64,000 nucleotides of DNA from Sphingobacteriaceae bacterium (GCA_046074105.1 JBJTNQ010000046.1:1478-65477); one strand, 5' to 3'. Counted from the stretch's first letter, positions 46,938-56,278 are shown. Notes: generated by a model from the letters alone, not told the origin. Numbers and translations are program-made.

Positions 46938-47750
46938 ATGGCAAAAAATATCGCTCCACAAACTGCTACTACTCCTACTACTGCCTTCGATCGCTTACTT
47001 ACCATCATGAATACCTTAAGGGAGCAATGCCCCTGGGATAAGAAACAAACCATGGAAAGTCTGCGTCACCTCACCTTGGAAGAAACCTACGAACTATCTG
47101 ATGCAATTTTAGAAGGTGACACGAACGAGATACGTAAAGAATTGGGAGACATTATGCTACACTTAGTATTCTATGCCCGTATTGCCTCGGAAACCAATCA
47201 GTTTACCATTACAGAAGTACTGAATAGCATTTGCGACAAACTCGTTCATCGTCATCCTCATATTTATGGTGATGTTGAAGTAAAAGATGAGCAAGAGGTG
47301 AAAAAGAATTGGGAACAATTGAAACTAAAAGAGGGAAATAAATCAGTTCTGGGTGGTGTACCGGCTTCGCTACCCGCCCTTATTAAAGCCTCCCGTATTC
47401 AGGAGAAAGCACGGGGCGTAGGTTTCGATTGGGAAGAAAAAAGCCAAGTTTGGGAAAAGGTAGAAGAAGAAATGCAGGAATTTAAAGCAGAGTTCAATGC
47501 AGCAGAAAACAAAATGATCGATAAAGAAAAAGCGGAAGCAGAATTTGGCGACTTGCTCTTCTCCCTAATTAATTATGCCCGGTTCATTAACATTAACCCC
47601 GAAGATGCTTTAGAAAGAACCAATAAAAAATTTATTAAACGCTTTCAATACCTCGAAAGCAAGGCCCAGGAATTGGGCAAAAACCTTAAAGACATGTCCT
47701 TATCAGAGATGGATATTTTTTGGAACGAAGCAAAACTTTTAAGCCATTAA
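46938..47750 (+). CDS. mazG: nucleoside triphosphate pyrophosphohydrolase MazG
   Basis: ATG 46938. L..CPWD..QT..SL....LEE.YE, EELGD..L, second EExGD repeat. Confidence 0.9.
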   Translation: MAKNIAPQTATTPTTAFDRLLTIMNTLREQCPWDKKQTMESLRHLTLEETYELSDAILEGDTNEIRKELGDIMLHLVFYARIASETNQFTITEVLNSICDKLVHRHPHIYGDVEVKDEQEVKKNWEQLKLKEGNKSVLGGVPASLPALIKASRIQEKARGVGFDWEEKSQVWEKVEEEMQEFKAEFNAAENKMIDKEKAEAEFGDLLFSLINYARFININPEDALERTNKKFIKRFQYLESKAQELGKNLKDMSLSEMDIFWNEAKLLSH

Positions 47751-47859
47751 ATAATTCATTTATACACTGTTTAAACAAGTTTTTTGTCATTCATCACTAA
47801 TTTAAAACTACTCATCAGCTAAATTCTACCTTTGGTCTAGTATTTCTTTATAGTTAACT

Positions 47860-47904
47860 TAATTTATAGATTTTTAAAATCACAAACTAAAAATCTATAA
47901 ATTA
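47860..47904 (+). promoter_or_regulatory. 15-17-bp perfect AT-rich inverted repeat abutting the start codon of the giant protease gene
   Basis: AATTTATAGATTTTT (47861-75) and AAAAATCTATAAATT (47889-903) are exact reverse complements. Extendable to 17 bp, including the A of the ATG. Confidence 0.55.
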
Positions 47905-50900
47905 TGCATAAATATTTCTACCAAAAATTTAACTATTTCTCATTTTATTTCAAAAATAAAGGGTATTTCATTTTCACATTATTAGTACTACTCTGTGGTG
48001 GATTAAACCAAAAGCTTAATGCTCAGCAATTATACCCAAAGGCGCCCGAACAAGGAATTTTGGGAACCATGTACAACCCTTTTCCTTATGGCATATACAG
48101 TGTAGAAACCCTACACCACGGCACTCAAAATGTGATTGCGAGCGTCTATCTGCCATTTTATGACGTGGAAAAATACAACTTTCCTGGAGTAATACCATTA
48201 CCCCTGGTAAGCCCTTATACAAGTGCTGTAGCATTGTGTGCAGAAAAGGGAATAGGCGTTTATGCTCCCGTTGAAGTTGGCGCTGCCATTGGGAATCCGC
48301 TTTTCCCTGGTTTAATAGATGCTTATCATCCGTTCGCAGCTATGGTAAATGCACCCGGACAAAATGTGCCCTTTAACCAATTAATTGATCTTAATACTTA
48401 TGATCCTACCTTTCAGCATCCATTTGATAGTAAGGTTGCGGTAAGTATTCTGGAGGCCACACAAAAATTTAATGAATTTACACACGCTCTATTTAGCTGG
48501 AATGGTTTTGATAAGGCAGGAACTCAGGTAATAACCAATGTGGTGAATGACATCCCTCACCTTACCGGTTTTTATCCGCCAACTAAACAAATTTTTTTCA
48601 GTACTCAAGAACCCATTCCATTTGTAAGCAGAGATGTAGTTGGTCATGAGATTTCTCATGGAATACTATGGTATAATTTTTCATTACATAACCCAAACAC
48701 TCAGCAAGAATATTCCGAACAAGCTTCTGCATTTCCAAGGCCGGTAGATGCGTTAATAGAATCATTCTGTGATATTATGGGCCTGGCATCGTTTAATTGG
48801 CACGATAATAAGTTCCAAAATCCGAGCTGGACATACGATAACTTTTCGGGCGATCCGGATAACATGCGCCCTTTTGATAAACCCAAAGCAAACAGTTTAC
48901 CTAATACTTATTTTGGCACCTACTGGACTCCTATAGGAATGCCGGGTTATGATAAACACATCAATGGCTCGGTAATGAATCATTGGTTTTACATCTTGGT
49001 AGAGGGAGAATGGGGAAGTATTGACAATGATATTTTTAAAGATAAGTATTTCGTTTATCCAATTAACAAAAATAAAGCAGTAGGATATTTTGAAGCACTA
49101 AATATTGTGTTTAACACTTGTACTCAACTGTTAGATGACCAAACTACATATGCAGGCATGAGAGCTAAAACACTTGAAGCTACAGTTCAGCTGGGCTACC
49201 CGATAGGGAGTTTTGAGTACATCCAAGTTATGAATGCCTGGCATGCAGTTGGAGTGGGCCCTAAATGGGTTCAGAACCAATATAATCCAGAATGTAATTT
49301 ACCCGCATTCGAAGCAGAAAGCTGGTATAATAGCCTCATCAAATTTACTGGCATGAAAGCCACGGTAACGCCCGATGTATTAAGTTTAAAAGAAGCCTAT
49401 TTAGAGGATTGTACTCAAAATATCAAAACATTAGATTTTGCCGAATTGGAGCCAGACCAGGTTACTCCATTTGTAGATGTAAATGAAGATCAGATTTATG
49501 GTTTTGACAACGATTTAGACAAATCAAAAAAAGCAGTTAGTATTCAGGCTTTTAGCGAGGTCAGTCAGGCATGGTTTAACTTCAAATTTAACCATAAAGG
49601 GCCAGACGGTAAGGGCCAGGTTCCGGTGATCAATGTTTTGGGAAATCCTACTTATACCTACCCCACTTTCGACATCAATTCACATAAATTCTATTATCCC
49701 AATGCGCCAGAATCTGCCAGCCGAGATGAAATAAGCACAGCCTATTTTCGTAGCATAAATTACTTCCTCAAAAATGACCCGAATTTGGTTAATGATTATA
49801 ATTATCTCGAATGGGAAGCTATTAGAAATGGTTTAGCGCAAATTTTTGCATTAAACATCAAGAATGATTACAAAGCTCTTTTGCCCGTACCAGAGCCTGA
49901 GGTATGGACCCTAAACGAAGATATTCTTAATACCGACTTTAAAGTACATTTCGACAACCCTAACCTAAGCAATCAGCCCAAATTGTATCATGGCTTAAAT
50001 TGGAATGATATTTATCCGGCTAAGAATAGTGGAATACTAAATTTCTGGCATTACCTGCTAGTACACGGTACAGATAATGCACAAGGCTACACTAATGAAA
50101 AAGGACACACCTATTTTATAATTCCGCTAGATAAGTATTTGGCTTTAAAGGTGCTTTGGGATACCTATAAGACAGTACCTATGAATGCCAATTTCGAAGA
50201 ATTCCGGTTGGCTTCCCTGCAAGCTTTACATACTTTAGGTTATAGCGATAAAAGCAAAGAGCATATTGCGCTTTATGATGCTTGGGCAGCGGTAATGGAT
50301 ATGCCCGATTATGCCTCCAACCTGAAGCATGAGCCGGCAGATGGCGAAACCATTTATCCTTGGGCGGCCAAACTGGGTGTAGAAGTGGAATATCCGCTAT
50401 TGGAAAGCAGCCGGGTGTTTCAGGTGAGTGAAAGTGCCACCTTTAATGTGCAGGCTGCTCCTGTTTACTCTTTCTTTAATTATACTGCTCCTGATATGAA
50501 TACTGGCATGACTTACGGCCGAGTGAACCTACTGCCGGGGAAGACTTATTTTGCACGATCGCATTTATATCAATCTGGCAGTGCAAAGATCGGGGTAGCC
50601 GGCGGTTGTGACGTGAGCGAGGACCCAGTATTATGTATGTCTTTAGAGGGCAAGGAGAAATGGACGCCTACTTATTCTTTTAATACTACTGCAATTGACA
50701 TGATTAATGATGGCATGAGTCCGGCAGCGGGAAGTATGGCTCCGGCCTGGGATACACCATTTAGCTGGGGCAGTATTTTAGGGGCTCAGGGGTATTTGAT
50801 GAAAATTGGGGATGATGCCGGGGTAGTGCCCATGGGCAGCGTGGCAGGTACTTTAATGATTAGTGCTCCTTATGACGAGGATGTAGCCGTGGTTTATCAC

Positions 50901-52442
50901 AACCTGATTTTATCTCAAGATAAAAATTACACTTACACGCTGGCGGCCAGAACTAAACTGGGTTCTGATGAAGGAGTTAAAGGGACATTGGATCCGGTTT
51001 TAAACTACACCAAGTATATCCCTTTAACGCCAGAAGAAAAAGCAGCTTTGCCAGATGCTTTTAGTGCTTCTTCAGATCCTATTACTTTTAAAACGGATAT
51101 TCCGAAAATAGTGCTGGGAGATCCGGCAGAAGGCACGGAAGTTTCCATGATAGGCAAGCTAAATTTAAAGGCTTCGCCAAATGATCCCCGAGCAGATTTT
51201 TTTCGCGGGCGTATCTATTATAAGCAAGACGGTGAGCAACCCAACGATTATCAGGATGTGGATGTTCCGGAAATGTCTGTTAATATTCAGGATCTGCCTT
51301 TCCTAAAGGATGGTCATACTTTTGGCTGGTCTTTTGCCGCCAAAAAGAATGCCGTAGATCCGTTTATCCCCACGGAAGAGTCGGGTGCTTTAGCGCCACC
51401 TAAGCATTTTGTAGTTAAGAAAGAACTAATACCCCAGCCTAAGCTGGTAGAAATTGATTGTGTGCCAGATGGGTTTGCACAATTGCTCAAATGGCATTCG
51501 GTACCGGGAGCAAAAGGCTACCAATATGCGGTAAAAAATCTTGCTAACAATCAGTTAGTCGTAAATCCTACTATAACTGAACAGTTGCAATCGCCACCCA
51601 TTGTGGGAGCCAGCACGTTTCCCAACAAGTATGAATGGAGTGTATCGGCCGGCATTCAGGATGCGGATGGAGCTTGGGTTTTCGGATTGCCGGCAACTAG
51701 TGTGTATCATACGGCACCCAAGTACCCTACAGCTTTAAGCCCGGGCAATCAGGATGTAGCCTTAGAACCTAACCATAGTATTACTTTAAAATGGTCTAAT
51801 GTGCAGGGCGTAAATAAAGTGCTGCTAAGTTTGTATAAACTGGTACCCAATGGGCTGGATGAGGTGTTTAAAGATAAGCTGGTGCAAGGCAGCAGTCTGG
51901 TGGTTGGTAATCAGGAGGCCGGAGAGTCTTATCAATGGACGGTACGCAGCCTCAGTGATGAAGGCTGTACTTCGGGCGGGTTAAGCAGGACTTATCATAT
52001 CATCCAAACGGAAGATAAGCCAAGTAGTGACCAGCCTTCGGGTGGCGGATCTGGTGGCGACCCTAAACCTGGTGCCTGTCCGGGCTATTTCCAGGTGAGC
52101 ATTACCAATGCTGATCTGTTGCAGTTAAGTATACTGCACAATGTACTGGGTGGCGCTGTTATTGAAGAAGGCTCTCAAGATTTAAATGACGGTACTTATC
52201 AGGCTTTTATATGGGATGGCGGCTTCTTTTATCCTACCGGATATACTGCTAACGATGAGATTGTATTACACATTAAAGTGAAATCGCTCTTTGCAGATTG
52301 GGCAAGCATTTCTTTTAATCAAATTCCTGAAGTAACCATTATTACCAGTGGAGGAAAGATCATGACACATAAATTTACCTTGTTCGACTGGTCTGTAGAC
52401 CAGGAAATATGGATGGGTTCTTATAAATGTTCTGAAAACTAA
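47904..52442 (+). CDS. secreted multidomain protein: thermolysin-like (M4-type) peptidase module, a degenerate copy lacking catalytic residues, beta-sandwich repeats and a novel C-terminal domain
   Basis: 1512 aa. Signal-like N-terminus. HEISH at 48645-48659, ESFCD at 48759-48773, KHINGSVMNHWFY. A second module aligns but has TAYFR in place of HEISH. Confidence 0.8.
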   Translation: MHKYFYQKFNYFSFYFKNKGYFIFTLLVLLCGGLNQKLNAQQLYPKAPEQGILGTMYNPFPYGIYSVETLHHGTQNVIASVYLPFYDVEKYNFPGVIPLPLVSPYTSAVALCAEKGIGVYAPVEVGAAIGNPLFPGLIDAYHPFAAMVNAPGQNVPFNQLIDLNTYDPTFQHPFDSKVAVSILEATQKFNEFTHALFSWNGFDKAGTQVITNVVNDIPHLTGFYPPTKQIFFSTQEPIPFVSRDVVGHEISHGILWYNFSLHNPNTQQEYSEQASAFPRPVDALIESFCDIMGLASFNWHDNKFQNPSWTYDNFSGDPDNMRPFDKPKANSLPNTYFGTYWTPIGMPGYDKHINGSVMNHWFYILVEGEWGSIDNDIFKDKYFVYPINKNKAVGYFEALNIVFNTCTQLLDDQTTYAGMRAKTLEATVQLGYPIGSFEYIQVMNAWHAVGVGPKWVQNQYNPECNLPAFEAESWYNSLIKFTGMKATVTPDVLSLKEAYLEDCTQNIKTLDFAELEPDQVTPFVDVNEDQIYGFDNDLDKSKKAVSIQAFSEVSQAWFNFKFNHKGPDGKGQVPVINVLGNPTYTYPTFDINSHKFYYPNAPESASRDEISTAYFRSINYFLKNDPNLVNDYNYLEWEAIRNGLAQIFALNIKNDYKALLPVPEPEVWTLNEDILNTDFKVHFDNPNLSNQPKLYHGLNWNDIYPAKNSGILNFWHYLLVHGTDNAQGYTNEKGHTYFIIPLDKYLALKVLWDTYKTVPMNANFEEFRLASLQALHTLGYSDKSKEHIALYDAWAAVMDMPDYASNLKHEPADGETIYPWAAKLGVEVEYPLLESSRVFQVSESATFNVQAAPVYSFFNYTAPDMNTGMTYGRVNLLPGKTYFARSHLYQSGSAKIGVAGGCDVSEDPVLCMSLEGKEKWTPTYSFNTTAIDMINDGMSPAAGSMAPAWDTPFSWGSILGAQGYLMKIGDDAGVVPMGSVAGTLMISAPYDEDVAVVYHNLILSQDKNYTYTLAARTKLGSDEGVKGTLDPVLNYTKYIPLTPEEKAALPDAFSASSDPITFKTDIPKIVLGDPAEGTEVSMIGKLNLKASPNDPRADFFRGRIYYKQDGEQPNDYQDVDVPEMSVNIQDLPFLKDGHTFGWSFAAKKNAVDPFIPTEESGALAPPKHFVVKKELIPQPKLVEIDCVPDGFAQLLKWHSVPGAKGYQYAVKNLANNQLVVNPTITEQLQSPPIVGASTFPNKYEWSVSAGIQDADGAWVFGLPATSVYHTAPKYPTALSPGNQDVALEPNHSITLKWSNVQGVNKVLLSLYKLVPNGLDEVFKDKLVQGSSLVVGNQEAGESYQWTVRSLSDEGCTSGGLSRTYHIIQTEDKPSSDQPSGGGSGGDPKPGACPGYFQVSITNADLLQLSILHNVLGGAVIEEGSQDLNDGTYQAFIWDGGFFYPTGYTANDEIVLHIKVKSLFADWASISFNQIPEVTIITSGGKIMTHKFTLFDWSVDQEIWMGSYKCSEN

Positions 52443-52453
52443 AATCGATAACA

Positions 52454-52810
52454 ATGAAAACTAACACAATATATACGGTATTGCTTTTATGCTTAAGCAG
52501 CCAGGCACTAATGGCTCAAAAGATGAGCAGCCGTAAACCTGAAAATAGAAATTCGGAGGAGATTACCTTTCGGGATGCTCTTTTAACCATTTCTCCCAAC
52601 CCGGCGGCAGATCGGGTAGAGATTAAACTAAAAGTACCTGATAGCAAGGGATTTTATCTCGAATTATATGATAAATCCGGCAATCGGCTGGTTCAAAAGG
52701 AATGGAGAACAGAACCGCTGGACATTTCGAGATTAGCTGAAGGCCTTTACATTATCTGCCTGAGAAGAAACAAAGAGGTCTATTCCCAAAAACTCTTAAT
52801 TGATAGATAA
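52454..52810 (+). CDS. stand-alone T9SS type-A C-terminal sorting domain protein (signal peptide + CTD only)
   Basis: 118 aa. MKTNTIYTVLLLCLSSQALMAQK signal, then ISPNPAADRVEI...GLYIICL....EVYSQKLLI, typical of Por_Secre_tail. Confidence 0.7.
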   Translation: MKTNTIYTVLLLCLSSQALMAQKMSSRKPENRNSEEITFRDALLTISPNPAADRVEIKLKVPDSKGFYLELYDKSGNRLVQKEWRTEPLDISRLAEGLYIICLRRNKEVYSQKLLIDR

Positions 52811-52818
52811 ACTCTGTT

Positions 52819-52852
52819 AACAAGCCCCGGAAAACAATTCCCGGGGCTTGTT
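52819..52852. terminator. bidirectional rho-independent terminator
   Basis: 12-bp perfect stem AACAAGCCCCGG/CCGGGGCTTGTT. Confidence 0.8.
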
Positions 52853-52854
52853 GA

Positions 52855-54105
52855 TTATTGAAATCTTAAGGCTTTTACAGGCGAAATTCGGCTAACCAGC
52901 ATAGACGGAATAAGCAAAAACAACACGCAAACCAATAAAGTACCGCCGTTTAGCAAAAGCAGATCAGTAACATGAATTTCAATGGGAACAAAGGTCATGT
53001 AATATGATTCCTGATCTAGCGGAATAAAGTGAGTATATTCTTGAATAATGGCTAGCCCAACACCTAAAATATTACCTAAAATTAAACCCAGGCCAATTAA
53101 GTAAGCAGCTTGATACAAAAATATTTTACGGATATTCCAGTTAGAACTCCCTAAAGCTTTCATTAATCCGATGAACTGAGTACGTTCTAAAATCATAATC
53201 AGCAAAGCAGAAATCATATTAATTAAAGCTACCACCAGCATCAGAATAAAAATAACCTGGGTATTTACATCTAACAAAGAAAGCCATTGAAAAATAACCG
53301 GATATAATTCTTTTACGGTAAAAGCCTTTAAGCCAATATCCAAACTGTCATGAATTCTGGCAGTGTTGCCATCTAACTTATTAAAATCATTTACTCGTAT
53401 TTCATAGCCACCTACCGCTTGTGGGCCCCAGTTATTTAACCTACGAATAAGATTAATATCGCCTATAACATAAGTCTTATCAACTTCTTCAACACCTAAA
53501 TCATAAATACCCACAATTTCGAACTTGCGTTTTCGAAGGGGTTCCTGAACAAAATACATCAGAAAATCATCACCTACTCTTAAATTCAATTTATCGGCGG
53601 TGTATTTAGAAATGATGATCTGCTTTTGTGAGGCCAGGGTATCGGTAAAATCTATAGGTTTACCCGAAACAAGTATAGGCTTTAACCCATCCCAATGGAA
53701 TTGGGTATCTATCCCTTTTAAAACTACTCCCTCTACTTCATTGTTAACCTTAATAATTCCGGGTTTAGAGGCAAAAGGCTGGATATAGGCTAAATTTTTA
53801 TCCTTTTTAAGATCCTGAAACGTTTGGTTTTGAATAGTAAATGGCGAATTCTCAAAAGAATTATTTAAATCGTATTTCAGTATCTGTATATCGCCGGCAA
53901 AACTTCTTACTTTTTCTCTGATCTCCGATTTAAAGCCCTTAACAATGGCCAACGACAAAATCATTACAGCCATACCCAGCATAATACCAAATATCGCCAT
54001 ACGCACTATCAGTTTTGAAAAAGTACGCTTGGATTTAATGCTTAAACGTTGAGCCAGATAAAAAGGGAAATTCAAGGGCTGAATGGATTTTTTGTACCTT
54101 AGCAA
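52855..54105 (-). CDS. FtsX/LolE-like ABC transporter permease
   Basis: 416 aa. MacB-like periplasmic domain plus FtsX C-terminal helices. An internal TTG at 54075 (MNFPFYLAQRL) may be the true start. Confidence 0.85.
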   Translation of the reverse strand: MLRYKKSIQPLNFPFYLAQRLSIKSKRTFSKLIVRMAIFGIMLGMAVMILSLAIVKGFKSEIREKVRSFAGDIQILKYDLNNSFENSPFTIQNQTFQDLKKDKNLAYIQPFASKPGIIKVNNEVEGVVLKGIDTQFHWDGLKPILVSGKPIDFTDTLASQKQIIISKYTADKLNLRVGDDFLMYFVQEPLRKRKFEIVGIYDLGVEEVDKTYVIGDINLIRRLNNWGPQAVGGYEIRVNDFNKLDGNTARIHDSLDIGLKAFTVKELYPVIFQWLSLLDVNTQVIFILMLVVALINMISALLIMILERTQFIGLMKALGSSNWNIRKIFLYQAAYLIGLGLILGNILGVGLAIIQEYTHFIPLDQESYYMTFVPIEIHVTDLLLLNGGTLLVCVLFLLIPSMLVSRISPVKALRFQ

Positions 54106-54155
54106 AGGTGCGATTTTTTTTCAAACCCTCCTATCCATTTGATTTGAAGAACCTA

Positions 54156-55349
54156 ATGAAATATACCCTTATCCTTTTTCTGTTTGGAATTACTGCATTA
54201 TGTTTTGGACAAGCTACCAGTAAAAAACTGAAAACCGGAGCCGATCAAACTGAGCTGTATCTGCCTTATTTGAAAAGCAAAAAAGTGGGTATGGTGGTTA
54301 ATGCTACCTCCATCATTGGAAATGAACCCAGCACAGACCGTTTGATTGCCGAAGGCATATCTATACAAAAGATATTTGCACCCGAGCATGGTTTTAGAGG
54401 CGATTACAGCAATGGTGCCAAAATAGCTGATGGTATAGATACTAAAACCGGAATCTCTATAATATCCCTTTACGGGAAACATTTAAAACCTACACCCGAA
54501 GACCTGGACGGTTTAGATCTGCTTATTTTTGACATTCAGGACGTAGGCGCCCGTTTTTACACCTATATCTCTACCTTACATTATGTAATGGAGGCTTGCG
54601 CCGAAAATAAAATAGAACTATTGGTGTTAGACCGCCCCAACCCCAATGGCTTTTATGTAGATGGCCCGGTGCTGGAACCGGAATATGAATCGTTTGTGGG
54701 AATGCACCCCGTACCCATTGTGCACGGCATGACCATTGGCGAATATGCGCAAATGATAAATGGCGAAGGCTGGCTGGCTAATAAGGTGTTTTGTAAACTC
54801 AAAATCATAAAGGTGGCCAACTATACACATGCTATGCCTTATACCTTGCCTGTTAAACCTTCGCCCAACCTGAATACCCAACAAGCCATTTATTTATATC
54901 CGAGTTTATGTTTGTTTGAAGGAACTACCATTAGCCAGGGACGAGGCACTTATATGCCATTTCAGGTATTGGGCAGCCCCGATCTGAAAAACAAATACCG
55001 TTTCTCATTTAGGCCCAAGTCAATTTCTGGCATGAGCGAAAATCCATTACATCTGGATAAAGATTGTTTTGGCCTAGATTTGCGTAAATATTCGGTAAAT
55101 AAAATTAGGCAAAGCCAACAGATCAATCTGAAATGGCTTTTGGAATTGTATAAAGCTTATCCCGATAAAGAAAAATTCTTTGATACTAAACTAGCTCCTC
55201 AAATAGGTAATTTTGACCGCCTGGCCGGCACGGCTAATTTAAAACAACAGATTATTGCGGGTAAAACTGAAGAAGAGATTCGCTTTAGCTGGGAGCCTGC
55301 CCTGAGTCAGTATAAATTAATGAGAAAAAGATATTTATTGTATCCTTAA
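54156..55349 (+). CDS. DUF1343 protein (NamZ-like exo-beta-N-acetylmuramidase family)
   Basis: ATG 54156 gives a signal peptide (MKYTLILFLFGITALCFGQ). FAPEHGFRG, DIQDVGARFYTY, DRPNPNG. Confidence 0.85.
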   Translation: MKYTLILFLFGITALCFGQATSKKLKTGADQTELYLPYLKSKKVGMVVNATSIIGNEPSTDRLIAEGISIQKIFAPEHGFRGDYSNGAKIADGIDTKTGISIISLYGKHLKPTPEDLDGLDLLIFDIQDVGARFYTYISTLHYVMEACAENKIELLVLDRPNPNGFYVDGPVLEPEYESFVGMHPVPIVHGMTIGEYAQMINGEGWLANKVFCKLKIIKVANYTHAMPYTLPVKPSPNLNTQQAIYLYPSLCLFEGTTISQGRGTYMPFQVLGSPDLKNKYRFSFRPKSISGMSENPLHLDKDCFGLDLRKYSVNKIRQSQQINLKWLLELYKAYPDKEKFFDTKLAPQIGNFDRLAGTANLKQQIIAGKTEEEIRFSWEPALSQYKLMRKRYLLYP

Positions 55350-55360
55350 ATTCTGAACCG

Positions 55361-56278
55361 ATGAGAATAATATTTATGGGTACGCCCGAATTTGCCGTAA
55401 CCTCCTTATCGGCCATTTTAGGTGCAAGAGAAGAAGTAGTTGCCGTAGTTACTGCACCCGATAAACCTGCCGGAAGAGGTCAAAAGCTTTCTGAATCTGC
55501 TGTTAAGCAATTCGCCGTAGCCAATGGAATTCCGGTTTTACAACCTCATAAATTAAAAGATCCGGATTTTTTAGCCCAACTAAAGTCCTTAAATGCCGAT
55601 CTGCAAATTGTAGTGGCTTTCCGCATGCTGCCCGAAGCAGTTTGGAATATGCCTCCTTTGGGAACTATTAATCTGCATGGCTCTTTACTGCCTCAATACC
55701 GTGGTGCCGCACCCATTAATTGGGCAATAATGAACGGAGAAGCCGAAACTGGGGTAACCACGTTTAAATTACAACATGAAATTGATACCGGCGATATCTT
55801 ACTACAAGATAAAATGGCCATAGGTAATACCGAAACAGCCGGAGAACTCCACGACCGGATGAAGGAAATTGGAGCACAATTACTAGTTAAAACTGTAAAA
55901 GAATTACAATCGGGTTCATTAAAAACAAACCCTCAACCTTCAATTTTCAACCTTCAACCTTTAAAACACGCTCCCAAGATATTTAAGGAAGATTGCGAAA
56001 TTGATTGGCATACTCCTATGCAAATTATTTTTAACCGCATTCGCGGGTTAAGTCCCTATCCTACTGCTTTTACCCATTTAAATGGCAAAACTTTAAAAGT
56101 TTTTAAAGCCGAAATGTTATCTGAGAAGCCGCAAATTACTCCCGGAGCATATCTTACAGACCATAAAACGTTTTTAAAATTCGCTTCCGCGGATGGTTTC
56201 ATCTCGGTTAAAGAAATTCAGATGGAGGGTAAAAAGAAAATGGGAATCGAAGAATTTTTAAGAGGCGTTAGGTTATAA
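55361..56278 (+). CDS. fmt: methionyl-tRNA formyltransferase
   Basis: 305 aa. FMGTPEFAV, NLHGSLLPQYRGAAPI, HD..D.G. Confidence 0.95.
   Translation: MRIIFMGTPEFAVTSLSAILGAREEVVAVVTAPDKPAGRGQKLSESAVKQFAVANGIPVLQPHKLKDPDFLAQLKSLNADLQIVVAFRMLPEAVWNMPPLGTINLHGSLLPQYRGAAPINWAIMNGEAETGVTTFKLQHEIDTGDILLQDKMAIGNTETAGELHDRMKEIGAQLLVKTVKELQSGSLKTNPQPSIFNLQPLKHAPKIFKEDCEIDWHTPMQIIFNRIRGLSPYPTAFTHLNGKTLKVFKAEMLSEKPQITPGAYLTDHKTFLKFASADGFISVKEIQMEGKKKMGIEEFLRGVRL
55930..55964 (+). repeat. in-frame heptamer array inside fmt
   Basis: CCCTCAA CCTTCAA TTTTCAA CCTTCAA CCTTTAA, translated as NPQPSIF NLQPLK. Confidence 0.75.

Noticed and set aside
52380-52520. The 118-aa T9SS CTD ORF as a frameshifted or split C-terminus of the 1512-aa protease (pseudogene).
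   Set aside because: The small ORF is in a different frame. It begins with its own ATG and a complete signal peptide, which an internal domain would not have. The large ORF ends in a compact Cys-bracketed domain. The two are treated as separate genes.
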